Made by a program: the position numbers and the translations under genes. A stretch of DNA of 60,837 nt, counting the filler. It is 5 parts of 5 records of this genome, joined end to end, with 100 filler letters (N's around TTAATTAATTAA, not from the genome) between each part and the next. Parts side by side here need not be neighbours in the genome. Positions count along the whole stretch, not along the records: positions 19,650 to 29,117 come from DRR723986_9641; positions 29,218 to 51,367 come from DRR723986_9646; 3 more parts are not named here. The stretch is one strand, 5' to 3'. How positions within the stretch are numbered: position 1 is the stretch's first letter; each line of letters opens with the position of its first letter. A model generated the notes under the pieces. It saw nothing but the letters and a program-made list of their open reading frames with translations. It did no database searches and was not told the origin of the DNA. Shown piece after piece: positions 19,862-29,269 of the stretch.

Positions 19862-20452
19862 ATGAAACAGATTGCTTTCGCCTTGGCGCTGACGCTCAGC
19901 GCCCCCGCCGCCTGGGCCGCTGATAAGCTGCCCCTGACCGAGATTTCGGGATATCTGAACCGTCTGAAAACGGTTCAGACCACGTTTACGCAGATCAATG
20001 ATGACGGGTCGCTATCGACGGGTAAGCTGTGGTTGCAGCGCCCGGGACGGATGCGGTTCGAATATGATCCGCCTGAACGTGCGGTTGTGACGGCAAAGGG
20101 GGGGACGGTGATTATCCATGACCCCAAGTCCAACCAACCCGCGGATCAATACCCGTTGAACCGGACACCGCTGTCGATCATTCTGGCGCGCAAGGTCGAT
20201 CTTTCGCGTGCGAATATGGTGGTGGGGCACGGGTTTGATGGCACCTCGACCGTGGTGACGGCGCAGGATCCTGAAAACCCGCAATATGGCAAGTTGGACC
20301 TGATGTTTACCGGGGATCCCGTCGAGCTGCGCAAATGGGTGGTGCATGATGGGGCTGGGTCACAGACCACCGTGATTTTGGGCAAACTGACCAAGGGAAA
20401 CAGTTTGAACCAGAACTTGTTCGTCAATGGAAAAACCAACGAGGACCGCTAA
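19862..20452 (+). CDS. lolA: Outer membrane lipoprotein carrier LolA family
   Basis: Signal peptide; FTQ, LQRPGRMRFEY, TPLSIIL; ftsK-lolA gene order. Confidence 0.88.
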   Translation: MKQIAFALALTLSAPAAWAADKLPLTEISGYLNRLKTVQTTFTQINDDGSLSTGKLWLQRPGRMRFEYDPPERAVVTAKGGTVIIHDPKSNQPADQYPLNRTPLSIILARKVDLSRANMVVGHGFDGTSTVVTAQDPENPQYGKLDLMFTGDPVELRKWVVHDGAGSQTTVILGKLTKGNSLNQNLFVNGKTNEDR

Positions 20453-20476
20453 GCGCGGTCCTCAGTAATTGGCGAA

Positions 20477-21064
20477 TCAGAACCGTCGGCGGCACCCTGC
20501 GATCTGGCGACGGTACATGTCTGAGCGGGCTGCAACATTGTCAGCGGTACGCAAGAGCCACGATTTGGAGTTGTAAGACCCGCGTGCAAATCCGGTGTGA
20601 CCTTCGTGATAGGCCAGATATTGGTTGCGCGCATCGCCTAGGGAAATTCCGTTCCGCTCGCGGCTGATATTCATGTACCACCCCACAAAATCAGAGGCGT
20701 CGCGGATACGATCCCGCTTGGCGCTGCTGCGGCCGGTTTCCTTTTTATATTGCTTCCAGGTGCCATCCAGCGCTTGGCTGTAGCCATATGCACTGCTTTG
20801 ACGGCCCATCGGCAGGACCCCAAGCACATATTTGTGTGGGGTGCGCGCCTCGGCGCGATAGCGGCTTTCTTGATAGATCGTCGCCATCTGGACATGCACA
20901 GGCACGCCCCATTTGCGTTCAGTTTTCTTGAACGCTTTGATATAGTCCGGGCGCTGTTTGGCAATGCTGCAGGCATTGTCCAAATCACGTGGCGGAATTT
21001 TTGATCCCCCACCACAAGATGCCACAAGGAGCACCAATATCAGCGCGCAAAGAGATCTGCTCAT
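20477..21064 (-). CDS. Lytic transglycosylase-like lipoprotein (SLT family)
   Basis: Lipobox VASC; IYQES, SSAYGYSQALDGTW, YLAYHEG. Confidence 0.8.
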   Translation of the reverse strand: MSRSLCALILVLLVASCGGGSKIPPRDLDNACSIAKQRPDYIKAFKKTERKWGVPVHVQMATIYQESRYRAEARTPHKYVLGVLPMGRQSSAYGYSQALDGTWKQYKKETGRSSAKRDRIRDASDFVGWYMNISRERNGISLGDARNQYLAYHEGHTGFARGSYNSKSWLLRTADNVAARSDMYRRQIAGCRRRF

Positions 21065-21127
21065 CTGCCTCTTGCCCTTTTTTTCAGGCATATTACCGCA
21101 AGTTGGTCTGTGAGGAAATCACATTTC

Positions 21128-22009
21128 CTAGAGCAAGATCGCCAAAACAAGAGGGAGTGCCGCCACGGACATCAGGGTTGAGGTGACAACCATGCCTGCA
21201 ACGGCATTTGAATCGGCGCCGAATCGTTCCGCCAGCAGGTAAGACGTGACAGCGACCGGGGTGACCATCTGCAAAACCAAGACGCCAAATGCCTCGTCTG
21301 TCAGTTCAAACAGTATGGCGACGGACCAGCCAAGGGCAAAAGATACGACGAGTTTGATCAGAGACAACCAGATCGCTTTGCCAATTTTGTCAGGCGTCAA
21401 TCGGGCCACGGCCACGCCGAGCGTGACCAGCATCATCGGCACCGCCATTTGCCCGATCAGTTCAATCCCGTTGGTCAGGAAGGTCGGGGTTTGCCATCCC
21501 TGCCAGAGGAAAACGGCACCAAGTATCGTCGCCCACACCATAGGCTGTCGCAAGACGGTGCCCAGTGATCCACGCCCGGCAAACAGATAAATCCCATAGG
21601 TGAAAGACCACAGGGCCGTCACGGACAGGAACACCACCGCATAGCCCAGACCAGCTTGGCCAAAAGCAAAGATGCACAGCGGCAGGCCAAGGTTCCCGGT
21701 GTTGCCAAAAACAAGCGGCGACAGATAGCTGCGTTGATCTATGCCCGTCACCCGCACAAAGACCCAAAACACCACCGTCAGCGCCAGATTCGCGGCAATT
21801 GTCGCCACAGTGAAGCGGCCCAGATCATCGCCAGCAATGTCTGTTTGCATCAAGGCGACAAAGATCAGGCAGGGCACCGCGAGCGTTGTGGCCAAGCGTG
21901 TGACGAACTGAATCCGGTATTCAAATCCAAGTTTGACCCAAGTAAATCCAACCGCCGCCAACATAAAAACGGGGGCGACGATTTCCATGACTGTTAAAGT
22001 AAGGTTCAC
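21128..22009 (-). CDS. AEC family transporter
   Basis: Multiple TM helices, GNTGNLGLP, TPVAVTSY; probable GTG start at 22009. Confidence 0.85.
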   Translation of the reverse strand: MNLTLTVMEIVAPVFMLAAVGFTWVKLGFEYRIQFVTRLATTLAVPCLIFVALMQTDIAGDDLGRFTVATIAANLALTVVFWVFVRVTGIDQRSYLSPLVFGNTGNLGLPLCIFAFGQAGLGYAVVFLSVTALWSFTYGIYLFAGRGSLGTVLRQPMVWATILGAVFLWQGWQTPTFLTNGIELIGQMAVPMMLVTLGVAVARLTPDKIGKAIWLSLIKLVVSFALGWSVAILFELTDEAFGVLVLQMVTPVAVTSYLLAERFGADSNAVAGMVVTSTLMSVAALPLVLAILL

Positions 22010-22088
22010 AGACTGTTTCCTTAAAATACGGATCAATTGTTGGACAATGGTGGCGCCTTGGGGGTACTAACAAGGCATAGGGGCTAAA

Positions 22089-22421
22089 ATGACAATGCTA
22101 AAAACACGCGCCAAATATCATTTGGGACAAGTGGTTCGCCACAAGAAACACCCGTTTCGGGGTGTGGTATTTGATGTGGATCCACAGTTCTCAAATACGG
22201 ACGAATGGTATCAGGCCATTCCGGAAGATAGTCGGCCTGTCAAAGAGCAGCCTTTTTATCATTTGCTGGCTGAAAACGACCAAAGCTACTATGTCGCTTA
22301 TGTTTCCGAGCAAAATCTGGTTGCGGATTATTCCGGTGAACCGGTGGATCACCCTGATATTCCCGATATGTTCGGGCCATTTCAAGATGGATCTTACCCA
22401 CTTCACTTTCAATTGAACTGA
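22089..22421 (+). CDS. hspQ: Heat shock protein HspQ
   Basis: AKYHLGQVVRH, RGVVFDVDP, QPFYHLLAEN, YVSEQNL. Confidence 0.92.
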   Translation: MTMLKTRAKYHLGQVVRHKKHPFRGVVFDVDPQFSNTDEWYQAIPEDSRPVKEQPFYHLLAENDQSYYVAYVSEQNLVADYSGEPVDHPDIPDMFGPFQDGSYPLHFQLN

Positions 22422-22423
22422 GT

Positions 22424-22451
22424 AAATCCCCGCCCGATTGAGCGGGGATTT
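22424..22451. terminator. Bidirectional terminator between hspQ and ggt
   Basis: AAATCCCCGC...GCGGGGATTT. Confidence 0.7.
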
Positions 22452-22455
22452 CGCG

Positions 22456-24033
22456 TTAGTAGCCCAAAGCACAGCCATCTTTGCGCGGGTCGCTGGCCCC
22501 TTCGAGGACGCCATCGGGGCGAATGCGAATCGCTTGGGCCCCGCCAATTGCGGTGTCGGGTGTCGCGACGTCATGCCCAAGGTCGGCCAATTCCTGCCGG
22601 ACCTTGTCGCTATAGCCGCGTTCCACTTTGAGGGTGCCAGCATCGGCAAAGGCGCGGGGGGCATCAATGGTTTGCTGCAACCCCATGTCAAAATCCGTCA
22701 GGTTGGAGACAAAACGGGCGTGGCCGTTGGGCTGATACGCGCCGCCCATGACGCCAAACGGCATCGTCACTTGCCCACCTTCACACAACATTCCGGGAAT
22801 AATAGTGTGCATCGGCCTCTTGCGACTGCCCAACTCATTTGGGTGTCCGTCTTGCAGGGTAAATCCAGCGCCGCGGTTCTGCAGGAGGATGCCGAACTTT
22901 TCGGAGGCAATCCCGGACCCGAAACCGTGGAAGATGGAATAGATCAGCGACACCGCCATGCGGTCTTTGTCGACCACGGTGATATAGATGGTGTCTTTGT
23001 GGACTGCTTCGGTCAGGGGCGCGGCGGCTTTCATCGCCTGTTTGGGGTCGATCAAAGCGGCAAGGGCGGCGGCCGTTTCCGGGGAGAGCATATAATCCAG
23101 GCGGGCCATGTGATCGGGGTCGGCCAAAAAACGATTGCGGGCGTCGTAGGCCAGTTTTGCGGCTTCGGCCTCGATATGGATGCGCTCTGATCCTAGGGGA
23201 TTCATTGCGGAAATATCGAAATGTTTGAGTATGTTGAGCATTAGGATCGCGGTGGCGCCTTGGCCGTTTGGTGGATGCTCGACCAGATCTGTGCCTTTGT
23301 AGGTGCCGCTGATGGGGGTGGTTGCGTCACAGGTGGTGTCCGCAAAATCCTGCAAGCTGTGGACCCCTCCCAATTGGGCGAGCGCGGCCTGCATGTCTTC
23401 GGCGACTTCGCCGGTATAAAACGCATCGCGACCCTGTTTGGCGACGCGGCGCAGAACCTCTGCCTGTCCGGGGGCACGAAAGATGTCCCCGACTTTTGGG
23501 GGCTTGCCGCCTAGCAAGTAAGAGGTGCGCGCCGCCCCCTGTAGAGTGGGTGCGCTGTCGTGCCAGTCAAAGGCGACGCGCGCGGCGACGGGCACACCTT
23601 GTTCGGCGTAGTGGATGGCGGGGTGCAGCAGGTGATCGAGCCCAAGTGTCCCAACCGTTTCGGCCAAGTGGCAAAACGCGGCCATTGCGCCGGGGAGGGT
23701 CACGGAATGGGGGCTGGTCAAGGGAATATGATCTAGGCCCGCATCCCGTAAGTGTGCGGCATTGGCCGCGCGCGGTGCACGACCTGAGCCGTTCAGGGCA
23801 TGGATTTGGCTGTCGCCGGGCCGGGAATAGAGAACAAAGCAATCCCCGCCGATGCCCGTCATTTGTGGCTCACATATGCCTAGCAAAATAGCGGCGGAAA
23901 TCGCGGCATCCATGGCGTTGCCGCCTTGTTTCAGGATGTCGATGGCTGTGTGTGCTGCAAGGGGGTGCGATGTGGCGCACATTCCGTTGCTCGTCAGAAC
24001 CTCAGACCTGCCAGGTAAGTGAAAGTCGCGCAT
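22456..24033 (-). CDS. ggt: Gamma-glutamyltransferase family protein
   Basis: GGNAMDAA, TGIGGDCF, HKDTIY (Thr nucleophile), KRPMHTIIP, FGVMGG, SDPRKDG. Confidence 0.92.
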   Translation of the reverse strand: MRDFHLPGRSEVLTSNGMCATSHPLAAHTAIDILKQGGNAMDAAISAAILLGICEPQMTGIGGDCFVLYSRPGDSQIHALNGSGRAPRAANAAHLRDAGLDHIPLTSPHSVTLPGAMAAFCHLAETVGTLGLDHLLHPAIHYAEQGVPVAARVAFDWHDSAPTLQGAARTSYLLGGKPPKVGDIFRAPGQAEVLRRVAKQGRDAFYTGEVAEDMQAALAQLGGVHSLQDFADTTCDATTPISGTYKGTDLVEHPPNGQGATAILMLNILKHFDISAMNPLGSERIHIEAEAAKLAYDARNRFLADPDHMARLDYMLSPETAAALAALIDPKQAMKAAAPLTEAVHKDTIYITVVDKDRMAVSLIYSIFHGFGSGIASEKFGILLQNRGAGFTLQDGHPNELGSRKRPMHTIIPGMLCEGGQVTMPFGVMGGAYQPNGHARFVSNLTDFDMGLQQTIDAPRAFADAGTLKVERGYSDKVRQELADLGHDVATPDTAIGGAQAIRIRPDGVLEGASDPRKDGCALGY

Positions 24034-24255
24034 AGGGGCCTCTTTTCCCGTTTGTTGGGTCGACCGTAGGTCGCCGGGGCGGGAATTCCAATCGTGAGTT
24101 TTCGAAAGGGAAGGGTAGTCCTCGGCGTCACGTACTGGGTGGGGGCTGTTACACGTGACGCCAAGGGAAGCCTTATGCAGCTACACGTACTGTATGTCGT
24201 GTGTTTGGGGCGGCAGTGCGAAACAAATGGGGCTTAATTGTGTTTGGTGATTTTT

Positions 24256-24732
24256 TCAGGGATTGGTGCAGGGCAGGTCGAACCCCAAGGACAGCAGGTT
24301 ATGCCCCTTTGCCCGCTGATAGCTGATGTCGCTTGCGATCTGACGGATCATAAACCAGCCAAATCCTCCTTCGGGAAGGTCTTGCAGATCCACATTCAGA
24401 TCAGCGGCTTCACCCGCAGGCAGCTTATTTGAGGGCAGCGGATGCCCCATGTCACAGATACGAACGTCCAGCCGGTTCACATGAAAGGTGCACCTTACGC
24501 GCACTTTCCCGGGTTCAATGCCGGTATAGGCATGTTCAACGACGTTGTTGATCGCCTCGGCCAAGGCGATTTCAACGTCCCCAGCTTTGTCTTCGGACAA
24601 GCCGCGTTCTTTGAGTTGGCTGGCGACGGCACAAATCCCTGCCCTCGCTTCCAGCTCGGTGGCGCGAAACGACAAGGCAAACCCATCTCGTCTGCGGTTC
24701 AGGTTCAAACCGGTCACTCCCGTTTGGCTCAA
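24256..24732 (-). CDS. Anti-sigma factor/serine kinase (RsbW/RbaW-like)
   Basis: EAINNVVEHAY, ICDMG, EGGFGWF (HATPase_c_2). Confidence 0.88.
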   Translation of the reverse strand: MSQTGVTGLNLNRRRDGFALSFRATELEARAGICAVASQLKERGLSEDKAGDVEIALAEAINNVVEHAYTGIEPGKVRVRCTFHVNRLDVRICDMGHPLPSNKLPAGEAADLNVDLQDLPEGGFGWFMIRQIASDISYQRAKGHNLLSLGFDLPCTNP

Positions 24733-25067
24733 TTCACGCTGTCAGACAGGGCATCGTCAAGGGATGCGAACAAATTGAACACAGTGTCCATGCGAGTCAG
24801 GCGAAACACCTTGTCCACGACAGGGGTTAATCCAGCCAAGTCCAGTTTACGATCGGCACCCAGCTGTTTCATGGAGGCCACGATGGCACCCAGACCACTG
24901 GAATCGATGAAATTAACGGCTGAGAGATCTAGAATAATGCGATCTGGCCCACCTTCGGTTTCTGCGCGCATGTCCTCTTTGAACTGGATTGCCATCGCGG
25001 CATCGATGCGATCGGCGCTTACTGTGATGACGCGTGCATCGCCACTTTGCGTACTGGTCAGGCTCAT
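24729..25067 (-). CDS. STAS anti-anti-sigma factor (RsbV/RbaV-like)
   Basis: LDLSAVNFIDSSGLGAIV, FRLTRMD; AGGAG SD. Confidence 0.92.
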   Translation of the reverse strand: MSLTSTQSGDARVITVSADRIDAAMAIQFKEDMRAETEGGPDRIILDLSAVNFIDSSGLGAIVASMKQLGADRKLDLAGLTPVVDKVFRLTRMDTVFNLFASLDDALSDSVN

Positions 25068-25162
25068 GTTTGTTCTCCTTCGTGGCTACCTATCGACGCA
25101 TAGGCTAGACGCCAATTCTTACTATTCGGTATTCATTGCCGGAAAGTTGGAGGAATTAGCAG

Positions 25163-26335
25163 ATGAAAAATGTCGTTATTGCGGGCGCCGCACGAACACC
25201 AATGGGTGGATTTCAGGGGGCTTTTGATGGGCTCAGCGCGGCTGAGCTTGGTGGGGCGGCAATTAAGGCCGCGTTAACAGGTGCAAAAACCGACACAGTA
25301 GATGAGGTTCTGATGGGCTGCGTTTTGCCCGCGGGTCAGGGGCAGGCACCGGCGCGCCAAGCCGGTTTTGCGGGCGGTCTGGGCGAAGAGGTTCCCGCCA
25401 CAACCCTGAACAAGATGTGTGGATCAGGCATGAAGGCGGCGATGATCGCCTTTGATCAGATCGCGTTGGGGCATACGGACACGATGATTGCGGGTGGCAT
25501 GGAGAGCATGTCGAACGCGCCGTATCTGCTGCCCAAAATGCGCGGCGGCGCACGGATTGGTCATGGTCAGGTGATTGACCACATGTTCCTTGATGGGCTT
25601 GAGGATGCGTATGACAAGGGGCGCCTGATGGGCACCTTTGCCGAGGATTGCGCCGAAACTTATCAATTCACCCGCGAACAGCAGGATGAATATGCGCTCA
25701 AATCGCTGTCCAATGCCTTGGCTGCGCAAGAGAGCGGCGCGTTTGACGGGGAAATCGCGGCGGTCACTCAAACGACCCGCAAAGGGGATGTGGTGACGGA
25801 TGCGGACGAGCAGCCGAAAACCGCGCGCCCTGAAAAGATCCCGACGCTAAAGCCGGCCTTTCGCAAAGAGGGCACTGTGACCGCGGCCAATGCGTCGTCG
25901 ATCTCGGATGGGGCGGCGGCCTTGGTGCTGGCCTCGGAAGAGGTGGCGCAGGCGCGGGGGATGACCGTGCGGGCGCGCGTGTTGGGCCATGCCAGTCATG
26001 CCCAAGCGCCAGGCCTGTTCGCCACGGCCCCGGTTCCGGCAGCAAAGAAGTTGTTGGATAATCTGGGGTGGAGCGCAGAAGACGTTGATCTGTGGGAAGT
26101 GAACGAGGCCTTTGCCGTGGTTCCTATGGCGTTCATGCAGGAAATGGGCCTGTCGCGTGACATTGTGAACGTCAATGGTGGGGCCTGTGCCTTGGGCCAC
26201 CCGATTGGCGCGTCTGGGGCCCGGATTGTGGTGACATTGCTGAACGCGTTGGAAAAACGTGGTCTTAAGCGTGGTGTTGCAGCCATTTGCATTGGTGGCG
26301 GTGAAGGCACGGCAATCGCGATTGAGCGGGTTTGA
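25163..26335 (+). CDS. Acetyl-CoA C-acyltransferase (thiolase)
   Basis: NKMCGSG, NEAFA, GHPIGASG, CIGGG. Confidence 0.95.
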   Translation: MKNVVIAGAARTPMGGFQGAFDGLSAAELGGAAIKAALTGAKTDTVDEVLMGCVLPAGQGQAPARQAGFAGGLGEEVPATTLNKMCGSGMKAAMIAFDQIALGHTDTMIAGGMESMSNAPYLLPKMRGGARIGHGQVIDHMFLDGLEDAYDKGRLMGTFAEDCAETYQFTREQQDEYALKSLSNALAAQESGAFDGEIAAVTQTTRKGDVVTDADEQPKTARPEKIPTLKPAFRKEGTVTAANASSISDGAAALVLASEEVAQARGMTVRARVLGHASHAQAPGLFATAPVPAAKKLLDNLGWSAEDVDLWEVNEAFAVVPMAFMQEMGLSRDIVNVNGGACALGHPIGASGARIVVTLLNALEKRGLKRGVAAICIGGGEGTAIAIERV

Positions 26336-26425
26336 CCTTAGGCGCGTTCCTGAATACTGCGGAGGAAAGTGGATCAAGTGATCCTGAGGGGGGTAGCCCC
26401 CTCCCTCCTAACCAAGGGCGATTAG

Positions 26426-26878
26426 ATGACTGTAGAGTACGAGACATTGGCAAAGACCATTGCATCGCTCACCGAAGGTGAAACAGATGTGGTGGCTTTG
26501 ATGGCGACGGTCACCTGTGAGGTGCATCATGCGGATGATCGGTTTGATTGGACCGGGTTTTATCGTGTGACTGAACCAGAGGTCCTGAAGATCGGCCCCT
26601 ATCAAGGTGGGCACGGCTGCCTTGTCATCCCATTTTCACGTGGGGTTTGCGGAGCGGCGGCGCGGACTGGGGAAACCCAATTGGTTGCTGATGTGGACGC
26701 GTTTCCGGGTCACATCGCCTGTGCCTCCTCAACCCGGTCTGAGCTGGTTTTGCCTGTGTTCAATGCGCAGAACGAGGTGATCGCTGTGTTTGATATCGAC
26801 AGCAATCAGCCGGATGCTTTTACTGAGGCTGATGCCGAGGCGCTGGGCGCGATCCTGTCACAGGTATTTGCCCGCTAA
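26426..26878 (+). CDS. GAF domain protein, free methionine-(R)-sulfoxide reductase-like
   Basis: WTGFY, GPYQG..GC, GVCG, FPGHIAC, SELVLP, DIDS. Confidence 0.85.
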   Translation: MTVEYETLAKTIASLTEGETDVVALMATVTCEVHHADDRFDWTGFYRVTEPEVLKIGPYQGGHGCLVIPFSRGVCGAAARTGETQLVADVDAFPGHIACASSTRSELVLPVFNAQNEVIAVFDIDSNQPDAFTEADAEALGAILSQVFAR

Positions 26879-27127
26879 GACAATGCCAGCGGCAAGTTGA
26901 AACAACAAAATTGACAGCAGCCATCGTGAAAATGGCTGCTTTCGTGTTTTGTGGTGAAACAGGATTCGGGCCAGATAGGCCCCGGGTGTTCCCCCCAAAA
27001 CGGACAACCACAGCAAAAAATGCTCGGGTACGCGCCACCAGCGGCGTTTGGCGCAGATCTTGTCCCAGCCGAACAGCACGACGGTCAGGGCATTGATGAC
27101 CCACAGATAAATTACCGCATACCACAT
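26858..27127 (-). CDS. DUF1294 family membrane protein
   Basis: DK..A...WRVPE...GG..G......HKTRK pattern. Confidence 0.8.
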   Translation of the reverse strand: MWYAVIYLWVINALTVVLFGWDKICAKRRWWRVPEHFLLWLSVLGGTPGAYLARILFHHKTRKQPFSRWLLSILLFQLAAGIVLAGKYL

Positions 27128-27273
27128 TCTTCGACCTCATGCCTTTCGGGGTCTCTCCTGTGCCAGCGCGCAGAAATGTTCAACCCCTGTGAAAAAACGC
27201 TTTGATTTTTCACGGACATGATGCAGCATGAAAAAAGAGGATGAAATTTCACGAGACCTGAGGAGAGTCGCTG

Positions 27274-27843
27274 GTGAATGCCCAAGCCCCCCAAAGCGCC
27301 ACGCTGGGCGCCGATATTCGTGCGCTGCGAAAGGCGCGCGGGTTGACGCTGTCTGAGATCGCGACGCGTCTGGATCGGTCGGTGGGCTGGCTGAGTCAGG
27401 TCGAGCGCGACATGTCCGAGCCGTCGATTTCCGATCTGCGTCAGATCGCAGGGTGCCTTGGGGTTCCGATGTCGATGTTGTTTGCCCATTCGGCAGCGCC
27501 CTCTGATGAACAGGGCTATATCGTTCGGGCCAGCGCGCGCCGCCCCATGGGGTCGGGCGAAGAGGGGCTGATCGAAGAGCTGCTGTCGCCTGATCTGACC
27601 GATGATTTTGAGATGGTGCATTCCACGTTTCAACCGCAATCACGGATGCAGAAACCGGCGAACCGCCCCACGCAAGAGGTGGGGTACATCATCTCGGGCC
27701 AGCTTGATCTTGTGATTGGCGGGCGGTCCTTTTCCGTCGGGCCGGGGGACAGTTTCCGTATCAAGCACGAGCCGTATCAATGGTCCAATCCCTATGATGT
27801 GCCTGCTGTGGCCATCTGGGTCATCGCGCCGCCGGTGTATTGA
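27274..27843 (+). CDS. XRE-family HTH regulator with cupin domain
   Basis: IRALRKARGLTL...LSQVERD HTH; C-terminal cupin (GPGDSF). Confidence 0.9.
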   Translation: MNAQAPQSATLGADIRALRKARGLTLSEIATRLDRSVGWLSQVERDMSEPSISDLRQIAGCLGVPMSMLFAHSAAPSDEQGYIVRASARRPMGSGEEGLIEELLSPDLTDDFEMVHSTFQPQSRMQKPANRPTQEVGYIISGQLDLVIGGRSFSVGPGDSFRIKHEPYQWSNPYDVPAVAIWVIAPPVY

Positions 27844-28466
27844 TGAGTTTTGAGGCTTGGATCATATTTGCGCTGTTCTGGGTGGTGTTTGTCACCACTC
27901 CGGGTCCCAACGCGGTCAACTGCATCTCGAATGGGATGAGCCTGCCATTTGGGCGCGCGATGATTGGCGTGTTGGCCATTCTGACACAGGCCACTGCGTT
28001 TTTGATCCTGTCCGCTTTGGGTGTGACCGCCCTGATCACCGCATCCCCAACCGCGTTTTTTGTGGCCAAGCTGATTGGCGCTGGGTTCCTGATCTATCTG
28101 GGTGTGCGGGGGTGGATTAATGCCAGCAAACCCGCCCCGACCGAGGTGCGGCCCGCGCGCCACGTCTATTTGCACGCGCTGGCCATCGCCACGATCAATC
28201 CCAAAAGCGTGGCCGGGTATCTCGCCGCCTTTTCACAGTTCGTTCAGCCCGATGTTTCGATCTGGGCGCAGATGACTGTGATCATGCCAACCGCTTTGAC
28301 GCTGACAGCGCTGAGCTACACCGGCTTTATCACTTTGGGTGCGGTGATGGGTAAGGCGGCGCTGGGCGCGGTGTTCAACACATGGGTCCGGCGGGTCATG
28401 GCGATCTGTTTCATAATTTACGGCGTGTTGCTGGGGGCCAGCAGCACACCGCAACCAAGAGGGTAA
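27843..28466 (+). CDS. LysE family translocator
   Basis: TPGPNA, INPKS; TGATG coupling to the upstream gene. Confidence 0.88.
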   Translation: MSFEAWIIFALFWVVFVTTPGPNAVNCISNGMSLPFGRAMIGVLAILTQATAFLILSALGVTALITASPTAFFVAKLIGAGFLIYLGVRGWINASKPAPTEVRPARHVYLHALAIATINPKSVAGYLAAFSQFVQPDVSIWAQMTVIMPTALTLTALSYTGFITLGAVMGKAALGAVFNTWVRRVMAICFIIYGVLLGASSTPQPRG

Positions 28467-28469
28467 ACG

Positions 28470-28841
28470 ATGCTCAAAGGATCCTGCCTGTGCGGCGATA
28501 TCAGTTTTTCGACCGAGGCCGAACCACAAGGCCCGTCGATGTGCCATTGCAGCCAATGCCGCAAACAATCGGGCGGCATCTGGTCGTCGGCCTATGTCAA
28601 CGACGCTGATTTGACCGTTAACGGCGCGGTGCGCTGGTTCAGCACCAGCCCGACTGCCAAGCGCGGCAGCTGTCCCCGGTGTGGATCGTTCCTGTTCTGG
28701 AAGGCCCACGACGAGGACACCACCAGCTTTGCCCTTGGCGCCGTCGATGGCCCCACCGGGCTGACCCTGCAGAAACACATCTTTGTCGCCGACAAAGGCG
28801 ATTACTACGACATCGCGGACTCTGTGCCGCAAAAAGACTGA
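28470..28841 (+). CDS. GFA family (glutathione-dependent formaldehyde-activating-like) protein
   Basis: GSCLCG, CHCSQCRK, CPRCGS. Confidence 0.9.
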   Translation: MLKGSCLCGDISFSTEAEPQGPSMCHCSQCRKQSGGIWSSAYVNDADLTVNGAVRWFSTSPTAKRGSCPRCGSFLFWKAHDEDTTSFALGAVDGPTGLTLQKHIFVADKGDYYDIADSVPQKD

Positions 28842-28853
28842 AGAGGATTGGTC

Positions 28854-29117
28854 ATGTCTGATTTCCCAACCAAGGCCCGTGTGGTCGTTATCGGGGGCGG
28901 CGTTGTTGGCTGCTCGGCGCTGTATCATCTGGCCAAAAAGGGCTGGACCGATTGCGTTCTGCTGGAAAAGAACGAGTTGACCGCCGGGTCGACGTGGCAC
29001 GCGGCGGGCAACGTTCCGACGTTTTCGACGTCATGGGCGATCATGAACATGCAGCGCTATTCGACCGAGCTGTATTCCGGGTTGGCCGAAGAGGTCGATT
29101 ACCCGATGAACTATCAC
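28854..29117 (+). CDS. GcvT-family FAD-dependent oxidoreductase (dimethylglycine dehydrogenase-like), 5' part
   Basis: [25 protein letters not shown]; truncated by the linker. Confidence 0.88.
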
Positions 29118-29217
29118 NNNNNNNNNNNNNNNNNNNNNNNNNNNNNNNNNNNNNNNNNNNNTTAATTAATTAANNNNNNNNNNNNNNNNNNNNNNNNNNN
29201 NNNNNNNNNNNNNNNNN
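29118..29217. other. Artificial contig linker
   Basis: N-run with TTAATTAATTAA. Confidence 0.99.
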
Positions 29218-29269
29218 CCCAAGCCGATCGGGCAGTTAACCGGCAGAAGAGAGATCGCAACCCTAGCAG

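Noticed and set aside
21994-22009. CtrA-like TTAA-N7-TTCAC site
   Set aside because: One mismatch and inside the first codons of the AEC transporter, so coding sequence explains it
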